Part shown: one piece after another, positions 39,900 to 52,214 of the stretch | How the letters are laid out: each line of letters starts with the position of its first letter | How positions within the stretch are numbered: position 1 is the first letter of the stretch | Assembly (NCBI RefSeq): GCF_030028105.1 | Contig: NC_092402.1 | Span: forward strand, 35,262,843-35,326,842 | Reading direction: 5' to 3' | From: Mobula birostris | Lineage: Eukaryota | DNA length: 64,000 bases | Notes under the pieces: model-generated | Databases searched by the model: none | Seen by the model: only the letters and a program-made list of their open reading frames with translations | Told to the model about the DNA's origin: nothing | Position numbers and translations under genes: made by a program

Positions 39900-41648
39900 A
39901 GAGTCAGTGGGATGTTACCCTAAAGATGAGGTGTTGATGAGGAAGTGGAGACCAGCCACAGTGCCTGCAAGTCACGTGGTGGTTTTGAAAGGTTACAGGG
40001 CTGAAATTTTAAACATGCCTTAAGGTGGACGTCATTGTGTGAGAAATGAGGAAAATGGGAATGAGGGGGTTCCCCTCTTCTTATTTATTGTTGGAGATTC
40101 GATTCAGAAGGCGGTGAAGGGTAATTTGTTGGAACCTGTGTTCAGTTACAGGCCAAAAGGACCTTTGCCCCTACTCAGAGAACTCTGGAAGGGATTTAGT
40201 AAGCTTTGTGACTTTGCTAGGGAAAGTTTACAAAACGGGCGAGTCAAAATAAGACACTTGTTTACTGGAATTGCAACTGGGAGAATTGTTGTAGTACAAA
40301 ATGGAGTTGTGAAATCTGATAATGGAATGGAAAAATGTGTTTACTCATTGAATCTAGACTCACCCAAATGTCAGAATTCCATTGTTTTGGAAAATATTAC
40401 TGATAAGGTCCATCAATTGGACCCAAAACTGAAAAAAACAAGTAAAAGAACTAATTGGTGTTTTGAAATGGTGCACAGGTGCAGTGCATGACATCATTAT
40501 GAATTTAGCCCAGCTTATGAAATGGCATCTTCACAGAGTGAATTTTGAGAAAAGTAAAATGATTGAAGAAGAAATTAGAAACAGGAAAGAACAAAGAAAG
40601 AGAATGGATGACTGTATTGATAGAGTGGGGAAGGCTAAATACTTTATTAAGATTGACTTGTTAAAAGGGTGTTCCTTTAACAGAGAGGGTTAAAGAGATA
40701 TCAACATTTGTGACACCTTCTAGACTGCATGAATACAATGTTTTACACTTTGGGATGAAGAATGCTCCAGAAACATTTCAAAGAATAATCAATTCTGTGA
40801 TTGGAGGGTTAGGAAGCACAGGAGTTCATATCAATGACCTAGTGGTCTGGAATGACACGTGGGAAGAGCATATTGCAGCTGTAGAAAAACGGTTTGACAG
40901 ACTTTCTAAGGCTAATCTTATGGTGAACCTTGCTAAAAGTGAATTTGGCCATGCCCCAGTCATATATCTGGGTTATGTGGTGGGCCAAGGCCAGCTGGCT
41001 CCTGTACAGGCCAAGGTTCAAGCGATTGCTGAAGTTCCTGTTCCAACTGGCAAGAAAGCTTCGAGAAGGTTTTTAGGAATGGTTGGGTTTTATCATAAGT
41101 TATGTAAGAACTTGGCTGACATCGCTCTCCCCCTAACAAAGCTTCTGGGGAAGAGTGAAAGATTTGAATGGAGTGACCTTTGCCAGGAGGCATTTGAACA
41201 TCTGGAAACCATCCTGTGTTATCATCCTGTTTTCAAAGTACCTGACTTTTCAAAGCCATTTTCTATAACAGCTGGTGTTAGTGACGAAGCTGCTGGGGCA
41301 GTACTGTTACAGAAGGGAGTGGATGACATTGAACATTCAGTAGCTTATTTCTCAAAGAACTTTAATGTACACCAGAAAAATTATTCAACTGTTGAAAAGA
41401 GTTATTGGCACTTATTCTGGCTTTACAACATTTTGAGGCCTATGATCAGAGACCTCAAAACCTTTCTGTTGCTCAGAGAGCACTTGTGGTTTACATGGGT
41501 TATAATCTGTTGATGTTTCTAACTAAGATGAAGGATGAGAGTAGAAGGCTGTTAAATTGGAGACTAGTATTGCAGGAAGGTGACTTAAAAATCAAACATG
41601 TGAAAGTTACTGACAATGTTATAGCTGATTAGTTATCCCGATGTTAAG
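39900..41648 (+). pseudogene. Defective pol: integrase remnants upstream of RT-RNase H
   Basis: Integrase flanks VLMRKWRP...VVVLKGYRAEIL and GVPLFLF...KGPLPLLRELW; then RMDDCIDRVG..KIDLLKG, FGMKNAPETFQR, RFLGMVGFY, VAYFSKNF..HQKNYSTVEK, KIKHVK..DNVIAD. Confidence 0.85.
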
Positions 41649-43060
41649 TTGAAAACTGTACACATTTTTGCTTTGTCATCTGATGTTTTTCCCTGTATTG
41701 TTTAAAACCCTGTGATAGACAATTTTTTTTCCCTGAGGAAGGGGAGTGTGAGGGGATCCAGGAGTGCCCCTATTATCTGTTTGAAGAGAGACAGAGAGAG
41801 AGTTATTTACCACTGATATGTTGTTTTTGAAAAGAGAGAGAGAGAGAGAGAGACGAAGATTAACAGTTGGACTGTCACTTTAAGGCATTGGAAGTAACTT
41901 TGGATTTTTACTGAGTTTGGAGTTGGAGACAGCACCGAGCAGCTCGTAAGTTGCTGTGGTAACCGAAGGCGGTGTTATTTAATGGACACTCGATGTTATG
42001 GTTTTCAGCAGGTTGTTGATATTTCTTCAAGGACTTGTTGCCTGCTTGTGCATTTCTTCACAGACAAAGGAAGGAGGGACTCTTTGAATGACAGGTGATG
42101 CTCAGCCTGGTGAAATAAATGGGAGGTCAGATGATACAGACCTCAGACACATGATCTGGACACTGAATGAGCATTGTTGTGCCCACAGAGAAAGTGGGTT
42201 TTGGAGGATCGATCAGGTGGATTGATCCACATTGCTATTCCAACAGTGAAGAAGGGGTTGACTGGTGGGGAGTTGTCTATGTGTCCACCCTCGCCTGGGT
42301 GATAACTCCACCACAGGAAAACAGGTTCCCCTGGTTAAAGTCACAGTCGGTGACTTGTGAAGGATTTCGGAGGATGACGAGAAGATCAACGGCATCAGCT
42401 CACCTGAAGACTCAACTCACTCTCTCTCTCCATCACTACTCAACTAAATACCACGAACTGAACTGAACTGAACTTTACTCAACATCGTAAGACTGTATCT
42501 TTTTACCTCTAGACTTAGAGAAGCTTGGTTTTCATACATATATATTCCACACTTACTTTTATATGTAATCATTGCTAACCTGTGTGATTTATTTACATTG
42601 ATATTACTGTATTGTGTAGTTACTAATAAATATTAGTAGTTTATAGCAATACTGGACTCCAAAGTGGTTTCTATTTCTGCTGGTTCTTTATCCCCGTCAC
42701 GGGGTACGTGACACATTGTACTGCTGCTGCTAAGTTAACAATTTCACAACACATGCCGGTAATGATAAACCTGATTCTGATTCTGAATCTGTGCAAATGC
42801 AAATATAAAAAATAGCAATAATGAGAACATGAGACAATAGATAAAGAGTCCTTAAAGTCAGATCATTAGTTGTGGGAGCATTTCAATGATGGGGCAAGTG
42901 AGCATAGTTATCCCCTTTTATTCAAGAGCCTGGTGGCTGAGGAGTAGTAACTGTTCTTGAACCTGGTGGTGCGAGTCCTGAGGCTCTTGTACCTTCTATC
43001 TGAAGGCAGTACTGAGAACAGAGCATGACCTGGGTGGTGGCGAACCTGGCTAATAATGGA

Positions 43061-43126
43061 AAAACACACACAAAATGCTGGAGGAACTCAGCAGGCCACG
43101 CAGTATTTGCAGAATTTCGCATGTTT
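43061..43126. mobile_element. Very short Penelope terminal-repeat insertion
   Basis: CACAAAATGCTGGAGGAACTCAGCAGG motif between imperfect TSD copies CTAATAATGGA / CTAATGATGGA. Confidence 0.6.
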
Positions 43127-43211
43127 CTAATGATGGATGGTGCTTTCCTACGGCAGTGATTCATGTAGATGTGCTCAATGGTTTGGAGGGCTTTAGCTGT
43201 GATCTACTACC

Positions 43212-43909
43212 TGTGGCCCCCTGGTAAGCCTCAGGCTCGCTCAGCTCGCTTTCGTCTAAGGGGAGCAGCCTTCGGCCCCGCCAAACTGGGTAATCACGCT
43301 TGTGTAGATGCTGTGTGATGTACCCCACCCCGCCAAATAACAGACAGTACACCATATGTGATTAAATGATTACACTTCATAGATCTTACTGGAACTATGT
43401 AATTAATAGAGATAAAATATAAAAGGAAAGTAAAAGGCACCAAACTTATCAAAATTCAACCACTTCGTGCACAACAGTTGGAGCTCAATTAATGGAGTCT
43501 TTTTTCCACCATTTGATCCCCTCTGACCTCCTCGGCCCGCTGCCTGGGACCAACCACAGTGGTTGACCAGATGCTCCACACAAATCTGTCTTTGTCTCCT
43601 CTCCTAGCCGAAGATCCTGGGCCTCGGACTCCCACTCGGGGTCCGTCCCGCCACCCAGCTTACAGCATCGCGTCTCCTCTCTCTGTCCCCATTGTGCCTT
43701 CTCCCTCGAAGCCCACGCAAACAATAGCTTACAGACACACAAGAAAGAATAACATCCATCCCCATTGGTTAGCAAATGAATACAATTTTCTTATCAGTAA
43801 TTATAACTCAAACAAGCTGTGAGAGAGAAGCACTTTCTCAGCAGTTAACATAACAAAGAAGCCATTTTTATTAGCCTTAGCAGTAACATAAAAGAAGAAA
43901 CTCCTTACA
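43212..43909 (-). mobile_element. Solo LTR of a second LTR family (698 bp)
   Basis: TGT...ACA termini; TSD TACC (43208-43211, 43910-43913); interrupts the Rex1-type LINE. Strand is tentative. Confidence 0.85.
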
Positions 43910-45750
43910 TACCTTTCATGGGATTTTCCATTCGAAAGCATTGGTGTTTCCATGATACAGCCAGTCAATCTACTCTCCATTACACATCTATAGAAGTTTG
44001 TCAAAGTTTTAGATGTCATGCCGAATCTCTGCAGGCTCCTAAGGAGATAGAGGCGCTGTTGTGCCTTCTTCGCATTTGCACTTACGTGCTGGATCCAGGA
44101 CAGGTCCTCTGAAATAGTAACAGGCAGGAATTTAAAGTTGCTAACCCTCTCCACTTCTGATCCTCTGATGAGGACCGGCTCATGGACCTCTGGTTTTCCT
44201 CTCCCGAAGTCTACAATCAGTTCCTTGGTCTTGCTGTCATTGAGAGAGAGGTTCTTGTTGTTATTACACCACTCAGCCAAATTGTCAATCTCCCTCCTGT
44301 ATCCTGATTCATCACCACCTTTGATACGACCCACAACAGTGGTGTCATCAGCAAACTTGAATATGGTGTTGGAGCTGTACTTAGCCACACAGTCATGGGT
44401 GTAAAACAAGTACAGCAGGGGGCTAAGTACCTGTGGTGCATCTGTGCTGATGGAGATCGTGGAGAAAATGTTGCCAGTCTGAACTGGCTGGGGTCTACAA
44501 CTGAGGAAATCCAGGATCCAATTGCACTCGGAGGTATTGAGCCCAAGAACTTGGAGCTTATTGATTAGTTTTGAGGGGGTGATGGCATTGAATGCTGAGC
44601 TGTAATTGATAAATAACATCCTGATGTATGCATCTTTGCTGTCCAGATGTTCCAGGGTTGTGTGAAGAGCCAATGAAATGGCATCTGCTGTGAACCTGTT
44701 GCTCCAGAAGACAAATTGAAGCAGATTGAAGTCATTTCTCAGGCAGGAGCTGATAGCTTTCATCACCAACCTCTGAAAATGCTCCTTTACTGTGGATGTA
44801 AGTGTAACTGGGTGATAGTCATTGAGGTGAGTCACTACGCTCTGCCTGGGCACTGGTATAATTGAAGCCTGCGTGAAGCAGGTGGGTACCTCACACTGCT
44901 GAAGTGAGAGGTTAAAGATCTCAGTGAACACACCAGCCAGTCGATCAGCACAGGTCTTTAGTATTTGGCCAGGTATCCTCTCTGGGCCGGATGCTTTTCG
45001 TGGGTTCACCCTTCTGAAAGCTGCCCGCACGTCGGCATCAGAGACTGAAGTCATAGGATCATCGGGGATGTGTGAGTTTGTTATGGTTCCTCCATGTTGA
45101 CGGTGAAAGTGAGCACAGAGTTCATCTGGAAACAAAGCCCTGCTGTCCCCATGTCACTTAATTTAACTTTGTAAGAGGCGATAGTATTCAAGCCCTGCTG
45201 TAGCTATAAAGTATGCAAAGCCAATCATTCCAATTTATGACGGCTCAGCGACACAACCAGTACAGCTGCTTCCTCACAGCTCCAACGAGACTGGTCAGGT
45301 ACCCCATCTGGTCCAGATGCTTTCCATGTATTCACCCTTCTGAAGGCAGCCCGCACATCAGCCTCAGAGACTAAGATCATCGAGGGATGCGGGGGTTCGT
45401 GATAGTCCCTCCATCTTTTGATGGTCAAAGCGAGCATAGAAGGCATTGAGATCATGTGGAAGCAAAGTTCTGCTGTCTCCCATGTCACTTGACTTAATTT
45501 TGTCGGAGGTGATAGCAGTCAAGCCCTGTCACAGCTGTTGAACATCCCTTGTTGATTTAAGCTTTGGGTGGAATTCTCACTTCACCCATGAGATGGTGTT
45601 CCAGAGATCATACCTGCACCATTTGTAGCTTTCTTGGTCTCCAAACTTGAATGCCTCGGATCTGGCCCTCAGCAGCTTTTAGATCTCATGGTTCATCCAG
45701 AGCTTCTGGTTGGGAAAGACTCTGTTCGATTTGGTGTTTTAATAAAGTCT

Positions 45751-46796
45751 GTCCTAGCGGTGACTAGTGGGGTACCGCAAGGCTCAGTGCTGGGACCCCA
45801 GTTGTTTACAATATATATTAATGACTTGGATGAGGGAATTAAATGCAGCATCTCCAAGTTTGCGGATGACACGAAGCTGGGTGGCAGTGTTAGCTGTGAG
45901 GAGGATGCTAAGAGGATGCAGGGTGACTTGGATAGGTTGGGTGAGTGGGCAAATTCATGGCAGATGCAATTTAATGTGGATAAGTGTGAGGTTGTCCACT
46001 TTGGTGGCAAAAATAGGAAAACAGATTATTATCTGAATGGTGGCCGATTAGGAAAAGGGGAGGTGCAACGAGACCTGGGTGTCATTATACACCAGTCATT
46101 GAAAGTGGGCATGCAGGTACAGCAGGTGGTGAAAAAGGCGAATGGTATGCTGGCATTTATAGCGAGAGGATTCGAGTACAGGAGCAGGGAGGTACTACTG
46201 CAGTTGTACAAGGCCTTGGTGAGACCACACCTGGAGTATTGTGTGCAGTTTTGGTCCCCTAATCTGAGGAAAGACATCCTTGCCATAGAGGGAGTACAAA
46301 GAAGGTTCACCAGATTGATTCCTGGGATGGCAGGACTTTCATATGAAGAAAGACTGGATGAACTGGGCTTGTACTTGTTGGAATTTAGAAGATTGAGGGG
46401 GGATCTGATTGAAACGTATAAGATCCTAAAGGGATTGGACAGGCTAGATGCAGGAAGATTGTTCCCGATGTTGGGGAAGTCCAGAACGAGGGGCCACAGT
46501 TTGAGGATAGAGGGGAAGCCTTTCAGGACCGAGATTGGGAAAAACTTCTTCACACAGAGAGTGGTGAATCTGTGGAATTCTCTGCCACAGGAAACAGTTG
46601 AGGCCAGTTCATTGGCTATATTTAAGAGGGAGTTAGATATGGCCCTTGTGGCTATGGGGGTCAGGGGGTATGGAGGGAAGGCTGGGGCGGGGTTCTGAGT
46701 TGGATGATCAGCCATGATCATAATAAATGGCGGTGCAGGCTCGAAGGGCCGAATGGCCCACTCCTGCACCTATTTTCTATGTTTCTATGTTTCTAT
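45751..46796 (+). mobile_element. Young 5'-truncated CR1 LINE
   Basis: Uninterrupted ORF2 C-terminus from [10 protein letters not shown] to the stop at 46698; (TTTCTATG)n tail; TSD AATAAAGTCT / AATAATGTCT. Confidence 0.93.
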
Positions 46797-46884
46797 AATA
46801 ATGTCTCAGCACATGGTCCTGCTAGATTCTGTTGTGAGCATGTGCTTCAGCTGGAAGGTCAGCAACATCTGGGCAGACCAAAGT

Positions 46885-47290
46885 ATGTAGAAATGTACAG
46901 CACAGTAGAGGCCCTTTAGCCTAAAATGTTGTATCATACTTTTAACCTACTCCACAATCAATCTAATGCTTCCTTCCCATATATTCCTCCATGTCCTTCA
47001 TCCATGTGTTTACCTAAGAGTCTCTTAAATCTCCTTGATGTATCTGCCTCGAGCACCAGTGTGTTCCATTGTTCTCGGTGTTAAAAAAACCCTACCTCTG
47101 ACATCCCTCCATACTTTTCTCCAGTAATCTTAATATTATGCCCTCTCACATTTATTATTTTTATCCTGGGGAAAAAGGCGTTGATAGTCTGCTGTATCTA
47201 TGCCTCTTACTGTGTTATACACCTCTATTAAATCATCTCTTATTCTCCTTCACTTTAAACAGAAAAGCCCTAGTTTACTCAACCTATCCT
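46885..47290 (-). mobile_element. Degenerate CR1 3' fragment
   Basis: Reverse-orientation CR1 tail (ACAGCACAGTAGAGGCCCTTTAGCC...). Confidence 0.55.
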
Positions 47291-48924
47291 CATGAATTCA
47301 CCAAGTTGAAGATATTCCAGCAGCAGCTGACATTTGTTTTAGGATGCACCCCTGGAGCTCAGAGTCCAGTGTTACACAGCTGCTGAAGATAAACTTCAAC
47401 AAGAAATTTGCATCCCTTTCCAAACCATCATGACAAATACACAATGCAGGAGACAGATTGCAATCTCTTCCACATCACAGCCATCTGAATGGCAACACAA
47501 GATGGGGTTGAGACTCTGGCTGTGTGTGAAGGATCTGCTAGAGATGGCAATTCTCATCACCAGCCAAGCAAGGCTAATGGTCGGGAATTCTGGTGATGAA
47601 GGATTCTATGAAAAGACAAGATATTAATATTACAATTTGTTTTTAAATCTGTGGCTTTTTTTAGTGCAATTCAACACGTTGCAACTTTCTAGTTCATGGC
47701 AGAAGAATACAGATTTGGAATTTATTATTCATAGACAATCCTGAACTGTAATTATTCATCAAATGGCATCTGTTAGTTATGCATGAAAAACCATAGATTA
47801 AGAGGAAGAAATATTTCCAACCCATCATAACCATTTAAAATAACCTATGATGCCTGAATGTTTGTTGGTAATTAAGTGTTCAGTTCATTTATGAGAACTG
47901 CAGTTGAACTGTGGAGTGCAGAGGAAACTCTGTCACTTATCCAGCGAGTACTGTTGCTGGGACTGAGCTCAAAATCCTGAGTTATATCTTTGTCTGTCTA
48001 CACTGGTAATCAGATACAGATATGTTGGTAATTATGAATCAAGCCTTAAGGTGGAGAGTGGAGGAGGCGAGGGTCTGTGGAGCAGGGCTGCCTGTCAGAT
48101 GTAGGAGGTGGGGTCAGGATGGCATATCCAACAAGTGGCCAGACAGCTACTGCTGTAGGTGGATGTGTCAGAACATTGACTCTAAACCATCAGAACATCT
48201 GCAGAGCAATGCATGGACCATTCTAGTAATGGCTTTAGAGCTAATAGTAGCCCCAGATATTGTCACTTCTTGTTGATTCTAGTCACATCAGTGTCATGTT
48301 ATCTACTGATGAATCAGAAAGGTGCCAATGCTCTCTGTTCAAGAATAAAATTCATCTCCTTCTCCTTGGATGGAATGCAGTAAAGGAGGTAACATGAGCA
48401 TTGGTCTGGGGAGGGGTGGTTTATGGTATTAGGAGTGGGGATGGTAAGATTTACCAACAATATGGCCTTCCTGAGATACAGTGGGTCATTACTGTATCTA
48501 TATTACCTTGACAGTTCCACCTCAGGATATTAACTAAACTGAAACTACAAAGGATTTTAATCTTTATGTAACCATTTCCAGAAAACTTGATAATCAATTC
48601 TAGACATCCAGGGAACAAGTTGTTTATATTACATCAATCAACTCTTTCAACCACGACACTAGACTGATTTCTGCCTGTTTGAGGATAAGGACAAATACTT
48701 GTATGCCTGGATTCACATGCGAGAATCACGCAGCCACTTGCAATACCTGGGAATTCAATTAAATGTGCAGGATAATGATTTCTCTGTCTGGATCAGACCA
48801 GTCACTGCATCTACCTGAGACTCACTTTGGTTCCTCAAGCCTTTCTGTCATTTACACATCATATTAATATTATAAAGGAATGTATTGCACTGACCTAGAT
48901 TTTCTCTGCTTTCACAAGTTGTCC

Positions 48925-49555
48925 AAGGAGTTTGTGTAGATTCAGCATGCTATCCAAAAACTTTGACAAACTTCCATAGATGCACAGCGGAGAGTATCCT
49001 GACTGGTTGCATCATGGCTTTCTATGGAAACACCAATGCTCAGGAATGGAAAAGACTGTAGAATATGGTGGATACAGCCCAGTCCAACACAGGCAGAGTC
49101 CTCCGCACCATGAGTCCATTGAGTACATTTACATGGAGCGCTGTTGCAGGAAAGCAGCATCCATTATCAAAGACCCTGCCATCCAGGCCATGATCTCTTC
49201 TCACTACCATTATTGTGCAGGAGGTACAGACCTACACCACCAGGTTCAACCATCAGGCTCCTGAACCGGTGTGAATACCTTCATTCAGCACTACTCTGAT
49301 CTGATTCTACAACCTATAGACACACATTTAAGGATGCTTTATAATTCATGTTCTCAGTTTCATTTTTTATTTGCACAAGTTGTCTTCTTTTGCACATTGG
49401 TTGCTTGCCACACTTTATGTATATTTTTTGGTAAATTCTATTTTATTTCTTTATTTTCCTGTAAATGTCTGTAGGGAAATGAATCTGAAGGAAGTACTGT
49501 ATATGGCAACGTGCAGTATATGTACTTTGATAATAAATTTTACGAATTTTGAAGA
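48925..49555 (+). mobile_element. Rex1/Babar-type LINE 3' fragment
   Basis: KTLTNFHRC..ESILTGCI-like sequence followed by a tail ending GTACTTTGATAATAAATTT. Confidence 0.75.
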
Positions 49556-50209
49556 CTGAAGCTTAATTGTAATCCTTCAATCACCCTGAACATACTCTCC
49601 ATCCAGCACCAAAACAACATCGTTCCAGTGTGCACTACTTCCAAATTAAAAGCATGGCTTCATCTCACTAAGGTTCCATTCAGAAAACCTGCAATCTCTA
49701 CCACCTAGAAGGCTGAGGAGAAAATAACATGAAACTACCACCACCTGGTGCATGTAAGAAGCTGTTACAAGAATTAATAGATAGATTTTAACATAGGAAT
49801 CATACGAATATTTAATCTAATTTCAAGATATATGAAGGAATGTTCTATCAACATATACAACAACTTTGAAATTCATCAGGATTCTCCTGAACTCTTAGCC
49901 TGACTTAAGTGAGAAATTGCTAGAAACCCCATGTGGAAACGACTCTGCACTGAGTTTTTTTCCCAATCTATTCCACTGAACAATTAGAAAGTGTTACTAT
50001 CACTTCTTAACTAAAATAACCAATAAAATAAACTTAATGCAAGAGTAAAGATCAATAGTTTCCCATCAAAATGATGGGTGGGGCTAAAAAACATTTAATT
50101 GAATAGTTTCAAAGTGCCACATTTCAATTGTAAGTCTAGGATGGAAAACCTGGGATTTTTTTTCTTGAAACAAATACAGAAAAGCCTCCATATATACTAT
50201 AAAACTGTA

Positions 50210-50630
50210 AGACATGAGCAGAATTAGGCCATTTGGCCCATCGAGTCTGTTCTTCCAATCTATCATCGCTTATTTATTACCCCTTTCAACCCTATTCTCC
50301 TGCCTTCTGCCTGTAACACTTGACACCCTGAGTAATTAAAAAATCATCAACTTCTGCTTTAAATATATCCAATAGCTTGGACTCCACAGCTGTTCATGGC
50401 AATGAATTCCATAGATTCATCAATCTGGCTAAAGAAATTCCTCCTCTTCTGTTCTAAAGCAACATCCTTGTATTCTGAAGCTCTGCCCTCTGTCCTAGAC
50501 TCCCTCACTGTAGCAAACATCTTCTCCCATCCACTCTATCTAGGCCATTCAATATTTAATATTTTTCAATGAGATCCCTCATCATTCTTCTAAACTCCAT
50601 TGAGTACAGGCCTAGAGCCATCAAATGCCC
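50210..50630 (-). mobile_element. CR1 LINE 3' fragment
   Basis: GAGCAGAATTAGGCCATTTGGCCC...; inverse of the 10360-10895 family. Confidence 0.7.
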
Positions 50631-51507
50631 AAACAAAGATTTTGTAATCTGAACCAAAAATTGAGCTGTTCAACCAACAGGCGGTATCTGTAGAGGGAAC
50701 TGGGCAGTTTACATTTCAGGTTGAGTCCCTTCATCTGGACTAAAAGAGTTAAGGGGAGATAACCAGTATAAGAAGGTAAGGGAGAGTGAGGTAGGTTAAA
50801 TCTTCCAAACTAATGGGAGACTATTCAACTTGCATCAACTACACTCTGGAACCAAGGTCACAACTTCAGTGACTGAGTTGCGGTTAACAGATAAGTACTT
50901 GTCTAGTGTGAACTCCTGGGAGCCCCAATCTCTGTCTCACTGAGGGCGATGAGCTAGTTTTTATTCGGCACTGAGACAGCTATCTTTAATTATGAACAAA
51001 GTTAACTTAAGACTACACATGAATGAGAAACGATGAACTCCAGAATATAGTTACAATCATATTACAAATAGAAGTATCTACCTTAAACACAGTAAAACAA
51101 CATATAAACATTTAGATATCTCGATTACTAAAAAAATGGAATATTCCACCGTCAACATTCAAAAAGATTATATTGTTTTTTACTGTTCCCTTAAACTAAT
51201 GCTGTCCTGTAATATATGTGATCATTCAATTTATAATTTCAGTACAAAGGAAGTCGGTATCCGTATAACACAAAAACTTAAATGTTGCTAACGTGTCTGT
51301 AGTTACTTTAGTAAATGTGAAAGATAGCAGATTAGATAGATTTTATGTAAATAAATTAGTTAAAAACGAGTTTCTCAGTCACAAAGATATTCACGCTCAT
51401 AGGGGTGGCCCTGGTTGATAAATCTTCTGCTGGCGGAGGTGGGAACAAGCGCGCTGAGCCTGGGTTTCCGGCCGGACTTTAGTTGTGGACGGGCGGCGCG
51501 GTAAGTC

Positions 51508-51638
51508 ATGGCGCTGGATGCTCGCAGGCGGTTTTTTAAACTCCTCATGCGCCTCGGCGCCATCATCCTTACACGGTTCCCCTTTTGGAATTGCTTCAGC
51601 ATGTTGATGCTGTTTGCAGAACGAGCTGATCAGCGCAG
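51508..51638 (+). CDS. TMEM101: Transmembrane protein 101, coding exon 1
   Basis: MALDARRRFFKLLMRLGAIILTRFPFWNCFSMLMLFAERADQR; CpG-rich context; donor AG|GTGAGT; phase 2. Confidence 0.93.
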
Positions 51639-52214
51639 GTGAGTGTGACCCCGGGGGGCTGCGGTGCAGGAGTTGGATTTGGCGGAGGGAGGGAGAGGGT
51701 AGGTGATGCGACTGGGAAGGTGGAGTAAGGAGAGAATAGTGGAGTGGTAAGATTGGGAGGGATGAGTGGGAGTTGGTGAAGGATGCTGGGGTTTGAGGGG
51801 TAGAGAAGGATGGGGAACTTGGAGGGAGGAGGGGTGGAGAAGGTTGGAAAGTGGAGCAGTGTAAAATGGCGGAGGGAAGGAGGAAGGTTGTTGGGAAGGG
51901 TGGAGGTAAATGGGGATAGCAGTGGGGAGGAGAGTGGTGAGGAAAAGGGTGGGAGGATTTGTGGTGGTGGGAGGAGGAATCAAAATATAGAATCTTGAAC
52001 TGTTATTGAGGCACTTCCATGACAAATTAAGGAATTTCTTCTCTTTCCCTGGTTACTACAAACTATAATCTCTCTATTGCCCTTTTAATATGTATTTAAT
52101 TATGAGATCACATTGAAATGCCTATCTCCCTCCTACTGACAGCAGTGCAGATTCTCACATTATGATGTCATTTATTTGCCATTTAGTTTTGCATTTTGCA
52201 ATGATTTTCTTTTA

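Larger units (their letters stand above)
37224..42713 (+). mobile_element. Gmr1-like Ty3/Gypsy LTR retrotransposon, internally deleted and defective
   Basis: LTRs at 37224-38171 and 41747-42713 (TG...CA); TSD CATT; degenerate tRNA-Pro-type PBS TGGGGCCTGCGTCCGCGAT at 38176-38194; PPT GAGGAAGGGGAG at 41735-41746. Gag, integrase remnants, RT and RNase H occur in that order. Confidence 0.93.
36282..42788 (+). mobile_element. Rex1/Babar-type LINE 3' part, split by the LTR element
   Basis: RT C-terminal ORF from 36282. The 3' UTR resumes at 42718 and ends in (GATTCT)n. Flanked by CTGTG (36277-36281, 42789-42793). Confidence 0.85.
36123..45720 (-). mobile_element. Host Rex1/Babar-type LINE, interrupted by several insertions
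   Basis: The tail at 36123-36281 rejoins 42789 onward across the CTGTG duplication. RT ORF 43801-45135 reads VNPRKASGP, SSAFNAI, KFADDTTVVG. A second copy of the upstream segment lies at ~45290-45540. Confidence 0.8.
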
